Source of the DNA: an uncultured Candidatus Saccharibacteria bacterium
Lineage (GTDB): Bacteria; Patescibacteriota; UBA1384; GWA2-35-9; CAYZGQ01
Reading direction: 5' to 3'
DNA: 64,000 nt
Assembly (NCBI GenBank): GCA_964478135.1
Contig: CAYZGQ010000001.1
Span: 3,365 to 67,364, forward strand
The notes beneath the pieces were generated by a model. It was not told the origin of the DNA, did not search any database, and was given only the letters and a program-made list of their open reading frames with translations. The number at the start of each line of letters is the position of its first letter. Within the stretch, counting starts at the first letter, position 1. Below are positions 10,044 through 19,483 of this stretch, one piece after another. The position numbers and the translations under genes were made by a program.

Positions 10044-11251
10044 AAACATCAAGGTTACTAATACTTATGATTCGTTTTAAAAGTCCTATTCTCGGGATTA
10101 TGATATTGGCTTTAGGTTGGTTGGGCGGATTTTTGCATGGCCACAGAAATCTTGTCTTTGAGCAATCGATTAAACCAACGATTGTTAACACAACTCTTCG
10201 AGAGCCAGATAAAGTTGATTTTTCACTCTTCTGGGACGCCTATAACGAAATTGCCCGAAAAGCGGTTGTTGAGCTGAATCCCAAACAGGCTCTTTATGGT
10301 TCAATTAGTGGTCTAGTCGGCACTTTAAAAGATCCTTTTTCTGTTTTTTTAAACCCCGATCAGTCCCGCCAATTTATAGATGATCTGGCGGGACAGTTCG
10401 ATGGGATCGGGGCCGAACTAGCCCTTAAGGATAATCAATTGATCGTGGTTGCCCCCCTGGAAGGTTCGCCAGCTCAAAAATCGGGCATCAAGGCCAAAGA
10501 TGTCATTGTCAAGATTGACGGGGTTGAGACTTCAACTCTCTCTTTCGGAGAGGCGATCGGCAAAATTAGAGGAGCAAAACGGAGCGTTGTAAAATTAACG
10601 ATTGCCAGGCAAGGCCAAGAGACCTTAATTGAATCGCCAGTCACCCGTGATACAATTCGGGTTAAGAGTGTTACGTCCCAAACCCGGGATCAAATCCTTG
10701 TGATTAAAGTCAGTCAATTTGGTCAAGACACATTAGGACTGGTTAAGTCATTGGCCAGCCAGGCCAAACGAGATCAGCCAAAAGGTATCGTCCTTGATTT
10801 AAGAAACAACCCAGGCGGTTTTCTGGATTCGGCGATTGATATTTCATCCCTTTTTTTAGATGGAGGAACGGTGGTTTTTGAGCAAGACAAGACTGGTCAA
10901 ACTAAGGAGTTTCAAACCACGCTTGAGCCGATGTTCGATCAACTGCCTATGGTGGTTATCATTAATGCCGGTTCTGCTTCAGCCAGCGAGATTGTCGCAG
11001 GAGCGCTTCAAGATAGGGGACGGTCTAAAATTGTGGGCGAACAATCTTTTGGCAAGGGTTCTGTTCAGGATTTGACCAAGCTTAGAGATGGTTCAACTTT
11101 GCGGATTACAACCGCAAGATGGTTAACACCTAACAAACGTCAGATTAACAGTCAAGGTATTCAACCCGACGAAAAGGTCCAAGATGATTCGGCGACCGAG
11201 GCTGACGAACAGCTTAACCGGGCCATAGAACTTTTATCAGTTAATAACTAA
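10040..11251 (+). CDS. ctpA: S41 carboxy-terminal processing peptidase with PDZ domain
   Basis: N-terminal TM helix, a PDZ domain (GSPAQKSGIKAKDVIVKIDG), the DLRNNPGG motif and the catalytic-Ser region NAGSASASEIVAGALQD. Confidence 0.85.
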   Translation: MKTSRLLILMIRFKSPILGIMILALGWLGGFLHGHRNLVFEQSIKPTIVNTTLREPDKVDFSLFWDAYNEIARKAVVELNPKQALYGSISGLVGTLKDPFSVFLNPDQSRQFIDDLAGQFDGIGAELALKDNQLIVVAPLEGSPAQKSGIKAKDVIVKIDGVETSTLSFGEAIGKIRGAKRSVVKLTIARQGQETLIESPVTRDTIRVKSVTSQTRDQILVIKVSQFGQDTLGLVKSLASQAKRDQPKGIVLDLRNNPGGFLDSAIDISSLFLDGGTVVFEQDKTGQTKEFQTTLEPMFDQLPMVVIINAGSASASEIVAGALQDRGRSKIVGEQSFGKGSVQDLTKLRDGSTLRITTARWLTPNKRQINSQGIQPDEKVQDDSATEADEQLNRAIELLSVNN

Positions 11252-11257
11252 ACTGAA

Positions 11258-11581
11258 ATGGTAAAACTCGTCTTAAACCAATCGGTGCCGCGTCTAGGTA
11301 ATAGAGGTGATATCGTGACAGTATCCCCAGGTTTCGCTCGCAACTACTTGATTGCCAGAAATATGGCTGTTATGCTAGAAACATCGACCGCTCGGGCGCT
11401 AGTGGCAGAGATTAGATCCAGGGCCCGTATTAACGTCAAGGCAAAAACTACTCAATCAAAACTTGGCCAAGCACCAGCCGGGTCTAAAAGTTCCAAGAGA
11501 ATTGCTAGAAAGATACTCAAATTAAACAAGCAAGAATCAAGAAAATTAGCTGAAAACGTTACAATTAAGGAATCTTTATAA
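11258..11581 (+). CDS. rplI: ribosomal protein L9 (N-terminal domain plus basic tail)
   Basis: MVKLVLNQSVPRLGNRGDIVTVSPGFARNYLIARNMAV aligns with the L9 N-domain (MKVILLEDV..LGKKGDVV.VK.GYARNFLIP...A). At 107 aa it has no recognisable C-domain. Confidence 0.7.
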   Translation: MVKLVLNQSVPRLGNRGDIVTVSPGFARNYLIARNMAVMLETSTARALVAEIRSRARINVKAKTTQSKLGQAPAGSKSSKRIARKILKLNKQESRKLAENVTIKESL

Positions 11582-11628
11582 TTTCGATTAATTCGTTTAA
11601 TAAGAGTGAATAAAAAAAAGGAGGAATT

Positions 11629-12576
11629 ATGCCCGAGTTTGATCTTTCCCCGCCACCGCCCCAAGGACAAAATAATCCCAACGCGCCAGGCCAAGGATCA
11701 GTTAGTGATCTTAGAAACGCTCCAGTCTCTCCAGTCGCTGGGACAGCGCCTTTTAAACCTGACGCTGGGGCGATCGGTTCAGTGCCCAGCCATGAGCCAA
11801 ACCCCGGCCAAACGGTTGGTCCTAACCCCAATCAACCTGTGGTTTCGTCGGTTTTGGGTCCACCGGCGCCGGTTCAGCCCGATCAAGCTGGATCGGTCGC
11901 ACCTCCGGATAAGCCTTCTCTAGGTCCAGAACTACCAGCCGCTCAATCAGAATTACCCCCGGTAAAATCAGGGCGATCGGGTATGTGGAAGATTTTTATC
12001 GCCCTGGGCTTGGCGGTAGTGCTGACGGCTATTGTCTACGCTTTTGTTAGTCTACCATCACTGCGCGGCTTAATCGGCCTTGATAGCCCAGACAATCTAG
12101 TGCTAGATGATCAAGATCAAGTCAGCGATCTTGATGATCTGGGTTTTTCCGAGTTCGGGGATGATTTTTCAGACACGAGTCTCAATAACGGTGTGGTTGG
12201 AGATTTATCTCAAGGGAGGGTACCGGTTGGTCAACAAAATAACACTTCCTCGAACCTCGATAACCAGAGAAAGAATGATTTGTCATTGATTCAAAGTTAT
12301 CTCGAGGCTTACTTTACAGACAAGGGCGCCTATCCTGTCGCTGGATCATTTATTAAAACGAGCGATCCTTCTTCGGTTTTGCAGGCCGCGCTGTTACCGA
12401 GCTACGCCAGCCAATTACCAGACGATCCTAACTCGGGCCAAGGATGGTGGTATGGCTACCGTTCAGTTGATGGAGCTTCTTATGAACTGACCGCCCGGCT
12501 CGAAAACGAGATTGATCCGCAAGGGGTTAAAGATATTAGCGGTTTAACGCTTTACAAACTGAATAATCCCCGATAA
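11629..12576 (+). CDS. Pro-rich / TM / acidic-linker protein with pilin-like C-terminal domain
   Basis: Preceded by GGAGG-N4-ATG. About 115 aa of P/G/Q-rich sequence, then a TM helix (MWKIFIALGLAVVLTAIVYAFV), a D-rich linker, and a C-terminus QRKNDLSLIQSYLEAYFTDKGAYP...YGYRSVDGASYELTARLEN. That C-terminus resembles the globular part of type IV pilin-like proteins common in small-genome bacteria. No G|FTLIE prepilin signal is present. Confidence 0.5.
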   Translation: MPEFDLSPPPPQGQNNPNAPGQGSVSDLRNAPVSPVAGTAPFKPDAGAIGSVPSHEPNPGQTVGPNPNQPVVSSVLGPPAPVQPDQAGSVAPPDKPSLGPELPAAQSELPPVKSGRSGMWKIFIALGLAVVLTAIVYAFVSLPSLRGLIGLDSPDNLVLDDQDQVSDLDDLGFSEFGDDFSDTSLNNGVVGDLSQGRVPVGQQNNTSSNLDNQRKNDLSLIQSYLEAYFTDKGAYPVAGSFIKTSDPSSVLQAALLPSYASQLPDDPNSGQGWWYGYRSVDGASYELTARLENEIDPQGVKDISGLTLYKLNNPR

Positions 12577-12628
12577 ATCTGGAACGATCGTTCTTCCTGA
12601 ACCAGTGGTTTAGTGAAACTATTCGTAC

Positions 12629-12634
12629 TATAAT
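12629..12634 (+). promoter_or_regulatory. consensus -10 box (TATAAT) 9 nt upstream of ATG 12644; near-leaderless start of the TPR-giant-ABC unit
   Basis: TATAAT at 12629-12634. No SD precedes ATG 12644. The -35 is weak (TGGTTT at 17-nt spacing). Confidence 0.3.
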
Positions 12635-12643
12635 TAGACTGTT

Positions 12644-13207
12644 ATGCCACGGAGGGGACTTAATTATCTTCTTTTTAGTTTAGTTGTTGTTTCGGCGATT
12701 TTGATGATCCTTTTTTGGCGCAGGAGTCCCAAACAGCCAGTTGACCGGCTGGCCCAGGAGCAGAAAGCGGCCGTTCTCTTTACCAGCGCCAAGGAGGCCC
12801 AAACATCGAGAGACTTTAAAACCGCGGTTGCCCGCTATCAGGAAGCGATCTCGTTCAACCCGAATGAGCCGGTTTATTTTGAGTCGCTCGGAGTCGCCCA
12901 GTATAACATTAAGGATTACCGGGGGGCGATTGCCAGTTTTGAGCAGGCGCTCAAATTGACGCCCGGGAGCGCCTTTTTATGGAACGGTTTGGCCAACGCC
13001 GCTCGCGACAGCGGCGATCGCCAGAGAGCCTTTGAGAGCTACCGCAAGGCGATCGAGCTTGACCCGGGTTTTTTGGTCGGCTACACCAACTTGGCTTACC
13101 TTTACCGAGACCAAGGCGCGGTTGACCGGGCTAAGGAGGTAATCGCCGAAGGTCTGGCCAAAAATCCCGACTCGGTTGAGTTGAAAGACATTTTAAAAAA
13201 CCTATGA
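12644..13207 (+). CDS. membrane-anchored TPR-repeat protein
   Basis: N-terminal TM helix, then 3-4 TPR units (A..Y..AI...P.......LG.A......Y..A...F..AL.L.P). The stop overlaps the next ATG (ATGA at 13204-13207). Confidence 0.8.
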   Translation: MPRRGLNYLLFSLVVVSAILMILFWRRSPKQPVDRLAQEQKAAVLFTSAKEAQTSRDFKTAVARYQEAISFNPNEPVYFESLGVAQYNIKDYRGAIASFEQALKLTPGSAFLWNGLANAARDSGDRQRAFESYRKAIELDPGFLVGYTNLAYLYRDQGAVDRAKEVIAEGLAKNPDSVELKDILKNL

Positions 13208-16200
13208 AACGTCATTTGATTAAAACTCTCGAACGTTTGCTTCATCTGCGGCGCCGGACGACAGGCAGAGTTCACGCCCATCTGGTTGGTCGATGGGGCT
13301 GGTATCGAATCTGGCACGAATTTCCTTTTCACCGCCAGGTTCATTTAACCTCTCTTATTTTGATAGTTTTTGGCACGCTCGGTTTGGTCTTGACAGCCAC
13401 TCGGCCGGCCTTGGCAACTGACTACACCGTCTCGACCAACTCGACTTGGTGCGACTCGGGCGATCTGCCGGCCTCAATCGGCAATCTGACAATTAATTCC
13501 GGCGTTACCCTGACACTCGGCGGGACATCTGGCAACGCGGTCAACGGCCAGAATACTGGCGGGACCGACGCCTGTTCTTATGAGGCGCCGAGTTCGGGTG
13601 TCAGTTGGACAATGACCGGGACAGGGACCTTGACGGTTAACGGCACAATCAAAGTTCAAAGCGAGATTTCCGGCTCAACTGGCGGCACAGTCAAAATAGA
13701 TTTTGCGACAGTGACAGTTGCTTCAGGAGGTAAAATTCATGCTGACAGCACGGGGTTTCTCTCATGTAACACATCAGGTTGTACTGGAGGCGGAGCAGGT
13801 GGAGGACAGTGGACCTCTGGCTATTACGGTGGCGGTGGGGGGCATGGCGGGAAAGGCGGCACCGGTCATATTACTAATGGAAAAGGAGGTTCGGTAAATG
13901 GTAATTCATTTGCTCCTGTGACACTGGGTTCGGGCGGAGCGGGAGGTTCTCAAGGGGCAGGAGGTGGAGCAGTTTATATTAATTCAAGTGGCACCGTTAC
14001 AGTTACAGGAACGGTATCCGCAAATGGTGAGGTAAGCAATAGCAGTGTTGGCGGAGGGGGATCTGGAGGGAGCATTTACATTACCGCCGCTACTGTTGCC
14101 GGCGCAGGGACTGTTACAACGACTGGGGGGGATGGTGGTAGCGCATCCGCTGGTGCGGGCGGAGGCGGTAGAGTTGATATTCGCTATTCGACAGCCAATA
14201 CCTTTAGCGTTGCCAACGCAACAGCCGCAACTGGTTCTACTGGCGTAGCTGGTGATGCTGGAACAATTATTTTTATTGATTCAACCAACAAGGATGGGTA
14301 TATCTACAAAACTTTTACATTCAGTGCGGCGCAAGGAATAGATACAAACTTAGCGACAACTACTGACGGAATATTTAATTTTCGCGATCTTACTTTAGGC
14401 GACGCTTCCAACACTGCAACTGTGTTAGCAATATCAACCGGAACAAGCCCCAATGGTAAAGGACCAACCCTCAATCTAACTGGAAACTTTACTTTAGCCA
14501 GTGGCTCAACCTTTTCAGCCAATGGCACGGGTTATTCCGGTGGTTCAACAACTGGCGTTGGGCCTGGGGGTGGAACCTGGGCTAGCGGGTTTTACGGTGG
14601 TGGAGGAGGGTATGGCGGAGCTGGCGCCACGGGGAGCTCCAGCTATGGTGTTGGTGGCCCTACTTATGGTTCAGCTTCAGCGCCAATTGATCTTGGTTCT
14701 GAAGGTGGAGGCGATCTAGCATCCTCATCGGGTGATGGCGGCGGCGCTATTAGAATCAATGCTACTTCAGGCACTGTTACTATCAATGGCACGATTTCAG
14801 CCAATGGTTCTGCTGGAGGCAGTAGTGTATCTGCCGGCGGTTCAGGCGGCAGTATCTATATTACAGCAGCGACGACCGCTGGCACTGGTTCAATTACAGC
14901 TAATGGCGGCGCTGGAGGTAGTGGCAGCGCTGGCGGAGGGGGCGGCGGTCGGTTGGGTCTTTATTATGTGACTGCCCAAAATCACACCGGTAGCAGGACG
15001 GCCAGCCTCGGGAGCGGCGGGACTGGCGGCTCGGCCGGCACGGTCACTCTCAAATCAATCCCAGCCGCTCCGACCCTTTCCTCTCCGGCCGACGCCGACG
15101 GGGTTTCAACCACGCCGGCTTTGCAGTTTTCAACCACTAATGCCGGCACGAATGAAAATGTTCAGTACTACATCCAGATTGACGACAATTCTGATTTTTC
15201 CTCGGTCACTCAAACGATTGACCAAACCGCCTCTCAAACCGGTTGGACCGGACAAGATCGGGCTAACGGCACGAGCGCGACCGCCGGATCAAGTTTTTAC
15301 GCCTCCTCGACCAGCGCCACTTTTACGGTCCAGACCGCTCTGACCACCAACACCACCTATTACTGGCGCGTTCGAGCCATTGCCTCGGGTGGATCGAATA
15401 TCTATGGCAGTTACTCGAGTTCTCGTTCGTTCGTGACCAACGACCCGCCCCAAGTCTCGATCACCAACACCCCGAGCCAGGATTCTTCCGGCAACATCGC
15501 GATCAACTACAATATCTGTGATACCAACCACTCGACGCTGACCATGCGGGTCCAGTTTACGACCAACAACTCGATCTACACGACCGTCGCCGCCGGGGCG
15601 CTCTCGGGCACCAACAGCTTTGGGTCGGTCACCGGCGTCTCGAGTAATTGCGCCTCGCCCAGCGCCAAGACAGTCACCTTTGACGTCTCGGCCGATTCTA
15701 ATGTCCCGGCCTCCTACTACTCGGCCGCCTCGGGAAACTGGAAAGTTCGCATCCAAGCCGACGATGGCATCGCCAACGGCCAGATCAACTCGACCGCCTC
15801 GTCCGCCTTTGAGCTGGACAACGTCTCGCCCGCTACCCCGACCCATTCTTCGCCGGCCAACGCCAGCTACACCAACGACACCACCCCGGATTTGACCGGA
15901 TCGGCCTATTCCGACGACACTACTCAAACCAATCTTCGGATTCAGATTGACGATAATTCGGATTTTAGTTCGGTCGCTGTTGACTACACCAAAGGCGCTT
16001 CCGGCGTGACCTTTACGGTCGGTCAGGCGGTCGGTTCGGGGACATACACCGCCGGATCGGCCGGTCAAACTTTAGCCGACGGGACATACTACTTTCGGCT
16101 GCGCTACACCGATTCAAAAGGCAATCTATCGAGTTATTCGACCGGCACCTCGTTTACCGTTGACGCGACTTCGCCGGTCGCGCCTAGCTCGTTCAATATT

Positions 16201-19200
16201 TTTGACACTTCAACCGGCTCTAATAATTCCCATCAGGTTGAATGGAACGCCGCTACCGAGGCAAACTTCAAAAATTATCTTGTCCTGCGTTCAACCGATG
16301 ACGTCAGTTATTCGACGCTCTCAACCATTACCGATTCAACCATCCGCAACTATCGAGACTCCAGCCTTGACTCGGCTACGACTTACTACTATAAGATTCG
16401 GACGACCGACCAGGCTGACACGGCGACCGATACGGCCGCCGTGTCGAACAAACCCGGCGCCCCGACCCTCTCGGCGATTTCTTCCGGCACGCCCGGGACC
16501 AACTCGGCCACCATTACTTGGACTTCAAGCGAAAACGGCAGTTCAGAAGTTCGACTCGGGACCTCAAGCGGCAGTTATGGTCTTGGCGTTCGGGGCAACA
16601 ATGCCGACTCGGCTACCTCCCATTCCCAGTTGGTTTCAAATCTCAATCCCAATACGACCTATTACTACATCGTTAGGTCTCGAGACGGCAGTGGACTGGC
16701 GACCACCTCGGCCGAGAATAGTTTTACCACCGCGGCCAAAGTTTCAGCCAGCTCTCTTGCCTCGAGCGTCAGTCACACGACCGCCACCCTGACTTGGAAC
16801 ACCACTGGCACCAACACCTCGAGTGTTGTTGACTGGGGAACCTCAAGCGGCAGCTACAGCCGATCAGACGGCGACGCCGACGCTTCAGAGACGACCCACT
16901 CGGTTACCTTGAAAGGACTAGCTCCGGGCACGACCTATTACTGGCGGGTCAACTCGACCGATTCAAACCTAAATGCCATTACCTCGACCGAGCAGAACTT
17001 GACCACGACCGCCAGACCGGCGATTTCATCAGTCTCATCCGGCACGCCCGGTCAAACCAGCGCCGCGATCACCTTTTCGACCGACCGGTCGGTCAAGGAT
17101 GTTTTTGTTGATTACATTGCTTCCTCAACAAGCGGCGCCTGCGCCAGTGTCTCGAATGCCAAAACGGTTTCGGGCGGGATCGCCGCCAGCGCCGGCACGT
17201 CCCACAGCGTCTCTTTAACCGGTCTTTCGGCCGGCACGACCCATCGGTTCAGAGTTCGAGTGATCGAGCTTGACGCTTCAGCTGAGAGCGCCAATCAACA
17301 GGTTCAAACGATTGATGACAACTCCGGCGCCTGCTACAGCTTTACCAGCGCGACCGACTCGACCGCTCCGACTATTTCCAATCTCGCTTCCGGCAACATC
17401 ACCAACACCTCGGCGGTTATCACTTGGGAGACCGACGAGCCGGCGACCGGCCTTGTTTCGGTCAGCTCTTCAAGCGGTTTTGGTTTTGCCAGCGGCAGCC
17501 AGACAACCGCCAACCCCTCGGCCAATAATCAGAAACAGACCGCCGTTATTACCGGGTTGACCAGAAACACAACCTACTATTTCTTGGCCCGGTCGGTTGA
17601 CGGTTCAAATAATGCCACGACTGCTCCTGAAGCTTCATTCACGACGACCGGCGACGCGACCGGTCCGGTTATTTCCGGCTTGACCGCAAGCTCGATCACG
17701 ACCGACGGCGCCCTCATAACCTGGACGACCGACGAGCCGGCCACGACTCAAGTCAACTATGGCCAAACGACCAATCTGGGCTCGTCCTCGGCCAAAGATG
17801 AAAAGCTTGATCGCAATCACCGAGTCACGCTATCCGGTCTTTCGGGCGCCACGCTCTATTACTTCCAGGTGGTTTCCCAAGACGCCAACGCTAACGAGAC
17901 CAAGAGCCCTGTTTCCTCGACCACCACCTTGACCACCCAGACCGTGCCGAGTGTCTCGAGCATCTCGCTGGGAGAGATTAGTTCAAAAACAGCGACTGTC
18001 AGCTGGAGCTCCAATCTCGCTGGCGATTCGTTCGTCGATTATGGTCTGACTTCGAGTTATGGTTCGCGTCAAGGTCGAGCTGATGACAGCCAAACCGCAC
18101 ACTCAATCACTCTCTCTGGCTTGAAGTCCTCGACCACTTATTACTTTCGAGTCAGAACAAAAGATTCAAACGGCAACGAAGTCATCTCGTCTGGTTCAAG
18201 CTTTACAACCGAGAGCTCGGAAGACGATGTCTCGTCTGACAAATTGGCCCCGGTCATCAGCGGCAATGAAGCCAGCCTCTCTGGTCTAACCGATACTCGA
18301 GCGACAATCAGCTGGACAACCAACGAGGAGTCAACCTCGAGGGTGGATTATGGTCTTGACCAATCTCTCAATCAGTCCCAAAGCGACGATACTTTTGTGA
18401 CCAAGCATGAATTGAAGTTGACCGGCCTTGAAGCGGGCAAGAAGTATCGTTTTCAAGTCTCGAGTCTCGATCGAAACAAGAACCGCGGCAAAGGGAGCGT
18501 TCAAGAGTTTACGACCGCCAAGTCTTCGGCCATTTCCGACGCTTCGCTCGTCACTCAAGAGCTCGATAAACTGATCCTTTCGGTTCAAACGACCGAGGCG
18601 ACCAAGGTGAGGGCTCTCTTTGGCGCCGGTTTGGACAGACTTGACTCCGAAGTTTCAAGTCTGGGCGCCGAGACCTCGAGCCACGCCTTTGTGATCGAGA
18701 ATCTCACTCCGGGGACGGCCTATTATTTTCAGTTTTCGGTTAAGGACAAGTTTGGTCAGGAAACGACCACACCGAGTTTTTGGAAGTTTGAAACTCGAGC
18801 CTTGCCGAAAATTACGGCCGTTAATGTAACCGACCAACAGGCGACCCAGGCGGTCTTGTTGGTTTCAGTCAACACTAAAGCCCAAGTGATCGCGGCTTAC
18901 ACCGATCTTAATAGCAAAAGCCGGAGCGTTGGCTCTGGAGCGCTGGCCGAAAAGCACGAAATTAGGCTGGACGGTCTGAAACCAGAAGCAACCATTCCAG
19001 TTGCCTTGACCGCGATTGACGCATCTGGCAATCAGGCCGTTTTTCAAACCAATGTTTCGACCACCGGCGATCGGTCCGCGCCCGAATTTCAAAAAATCGA
19101 GACCGAGATTATCGGCGGGAGCGGCAACAAAGGGGCGACGATCATCGTCTCGGCGGTGCTTAGCGAGCTGGCGACACTTAATGGTCAGGCCGGTCTGGCC

Positions 19201-19461
19201 GCCAGCAATCAGACGCCGATAACCACGCCCAAAAACGCCGCCGCTAAGGAACAGACATTGGTTTTTCGGAATCTGCCTTCTGGTCAGTTTGTTAAGTTTA
19301 AGCTGATAGCCGAAGATCCGGCAGGCAATGTCACAGAGTCGCCCGACATCACCACCTTTACCCCGGAGCCGAGTAAAAGCGCTCTGACCCTTATCACGAC
19401 TCAACTTGAAACTATCTTCGGCGGTCTGGGAAAAGGCCTTCAGTCTTTATTTGGCAAGTAA
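13204..19461 (+). CDS. giant (2085 aa) membrane-anchored surface protein: duplicated Gly-rich beta-helix-like modules plus a long array of FN3-like domains
   Basis: Basic N-terminus followed by a TM helix (LTSLILIVFGTLGLVLTA). Two homologous Gly-rich modules. Two 'IQIDDNSDFSS' modules. At least 10 repeats of the type '..ATITWTS.E..SS.V.YG..S..Y......d....tH.v.L.gL.p.TtYYfrV.S.D..GN'. Confidence 0.85.
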   Translation: MKRHLIKTLERLLHLRRRTTGRVHAHLVGRWGWYRIWHEFPFHRQVHLTSLILIVFGTLGLVLTATRPALATDYTVSTNSTWCDSGDLPASIGNLTINSGVTLTLGGTSGNAVNGQNTGGTDACSYEAPSSGVSWTMTGTGTLTVNGTIKVQSEISGSTGGTVKIDFATVTVASGGKIHADSTGFLSCNTSGCTGGGAGGGQWTSGYYGGGGGHGGKGGTGHITNGKGGSVNGNSFAPVTLGSGGAGGSQGAGGGAVYINSSGTVTVTGTVSANGEVSNSSVGGGGSGGSIYITAATVAGAGTVTTTGGDGGSASAGAGGGGRVDIRYSTANTFSVANATAATGSTGVAGDAGTIIFIDSTNKDGYIYKTFTFSAAQGIDTNLATTTDGIFNFRDLTLGDASNTATVLAISTGTSPNGKGPTLNLTGNFTLASGSTFSANGTGYSGGSTTGVGPGGGTWASGFYGGGGGYGGAGATGSSSYGVGGPTYGSASAPIDLGSEGGGDLASSSGDGGGAIRINATSGTVTINGTISANGSAGGSSVSAGGSGGSIYITAATTAGTGSITANGGAGGSGSAGGGGGGRLGLYYVTAQNHTGSRTASLGSGGTGGSAGTVTLKSIPAAPTLSSPADADGVSTTPALQFSTTNAGTNENVQYYIQIDDNSDFSSVTQTIDQTASQTGWTGQDRANGTSATAGSSFYASSTSATFTVQTALTTNTTYYWRVRAIASGGSNIYGSYSSSRSFVTNDPPQVSITNTPSQDSSGNIAINYNICDTNHSTLTMRVQFTTNNSIYTTVAAGALSGTNSFGSVTGVSSNCASPSAKTVTFDVSADSNVPASYYSAASGNWKVRIQADDGIANGQINSTASSAFELDNVSPATPTHSSPANASYTNDTTPDLTGSAYSDDTTQTNLRIQIDDNSDFSSVAVDYTKGASGVTFTVGQAVGSGTYTAGSAGQTLADGTYYFRLRYTDSKGNLSSYSTGTSFTVDATSPVAPSSFNIFDTSTGSNNSHQVEWNAATEANFKNYLVLRSTDDVSYSTLSTITDSTIRNYRDSSLDSATTYYYKIRTTDQADTATDTAAVSNKPGAPTLSAISSGTPGTNSATITWTSSENGSSEVRLGTSSGSYGLGVRGNNADSATSHSQLVSNLNPNTTYYYIVRSRDGSGLATTSAENSFTTAAKVSASSLASSVSHTTATLTWNTTGTNTSSVVDWGTSSGSYSRSDGDADASETTHSVTLKGLAPGTTYYWRVNSTDSNLNAITSTEQNLTTTARPAISSVSSGTPGQTSAAITFSTDRSVKDVFVDYIASSTSGACASVSNAKTVSGGIAASAGTSHSVSLTGLSAGTTHRFRVRVIELDASAESANQQVQTIDDNSGACYSFTSATDSTAPTISNLASGNITNTSAVITWETDEPATGLVSVSSSSGFGFASGSQTTANPSANNQKQTAVITGLTRNTTYYFLARSVDGSNNATTAPEASFTTTGDATGPVISGLTASSITTDGALITWTTDEPATTQVNYGQTTNLGSSSAKDEKLDRNHRVTLSGLSGATLYYFQVVSQDANANETKSPVSSTTTLTTQTVPSVSSISLGEISSKTATVSWSSNLAGDSFVDYGLTSSYGSRQGRADDSQTAHSITLSGLKSSTTYYFRVRTKDSNGNEVISSGSSFTTESSEDDVSSDKLAPVISGNEASLSGLTDTRATISWTTNEESTSRVDYGLDQSLNQSQSDDTFVTKHELKLTGLEAGKKYRFQVSSLDRNKNRGKGSVQEFTTAKSSAISDASLVTQELDKLILSVQTTEATKVRALFGAGLDRLDSEVSSLGAETSSHAFVIENLTPGTAYYFQFSVKDKFGQETTTPSFWKFETRALPKITAVNVTDQQATQAVLLVSVNTKAQVIAAYTDLNSKSRSVGSGALAEKHEIRLDGLKPEATIPVALTAIDASGNQAVFQTNVSTTGDRSAPEFQKIETEIIGGSGNKGATIIVSAVLSELATLNGQAGLAASNQTPITTPKNAAAKEQTLVFRNLPSGQFVKFKLIAEDPAGNVTESPDITTFTPEPSKSALTLITTQLETIFGGLGKGLQSLFGK
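13741..14200 (+). repeat. Gly-rich beta-helix-like module, copy 1 (coding)
   Basis: ADSTGF...GGGAGGGQWTSGYYGGGGGHGGKGG...GGGAVYINSSGTVTVTGTVSANG...GGSGGSIYITAATVAGAGTVTTTGGDGG...GGGGRVDIRY. Homologous to copy 2. Confidence 0.75.
14518..14985 (+). repeat. Gly-rich beta-helix-like module, copy 2 (coding)
   Basis: ANGTGY...GPGGGTWASGFYGGGGGYGGAG...GGGAIRINATSGTVTINGTISANG...GGSGGSIYITAATTAGTGSITANGGAGG...GGGGRLGLYY. Confidence 0.75.
16450..19380 (+). repeat. tandem array of at least 10 FN3-like domains of about 90-100 aa each (coding)
   Basis: Recurrent pattern A.ITW.T.E..SS.VdYG.tS..Y......d....tH...L.GL...TtYYfrV.S.D..GN. Confidence 0.75.
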
Positions 19462-19483
19462 GTCCTTAAATTAAAGACAAGCG

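Noticed and set aside
13474-19404. Many ORFs of 60-259 aa on the opposite strand or in other frames inside the 2085-aa gene (for example 15289-16068 on the minus strand, 16160-16792 on the plus strand, 18865-19404 on the minus strand).
   Set aside because: They lie entirely within a long, repeat-structured CDS whose G/A/S/T codon bias depletes stops in all frames. Their translations are R/P/G-rich low-complexity strings with no motifs and no SD.
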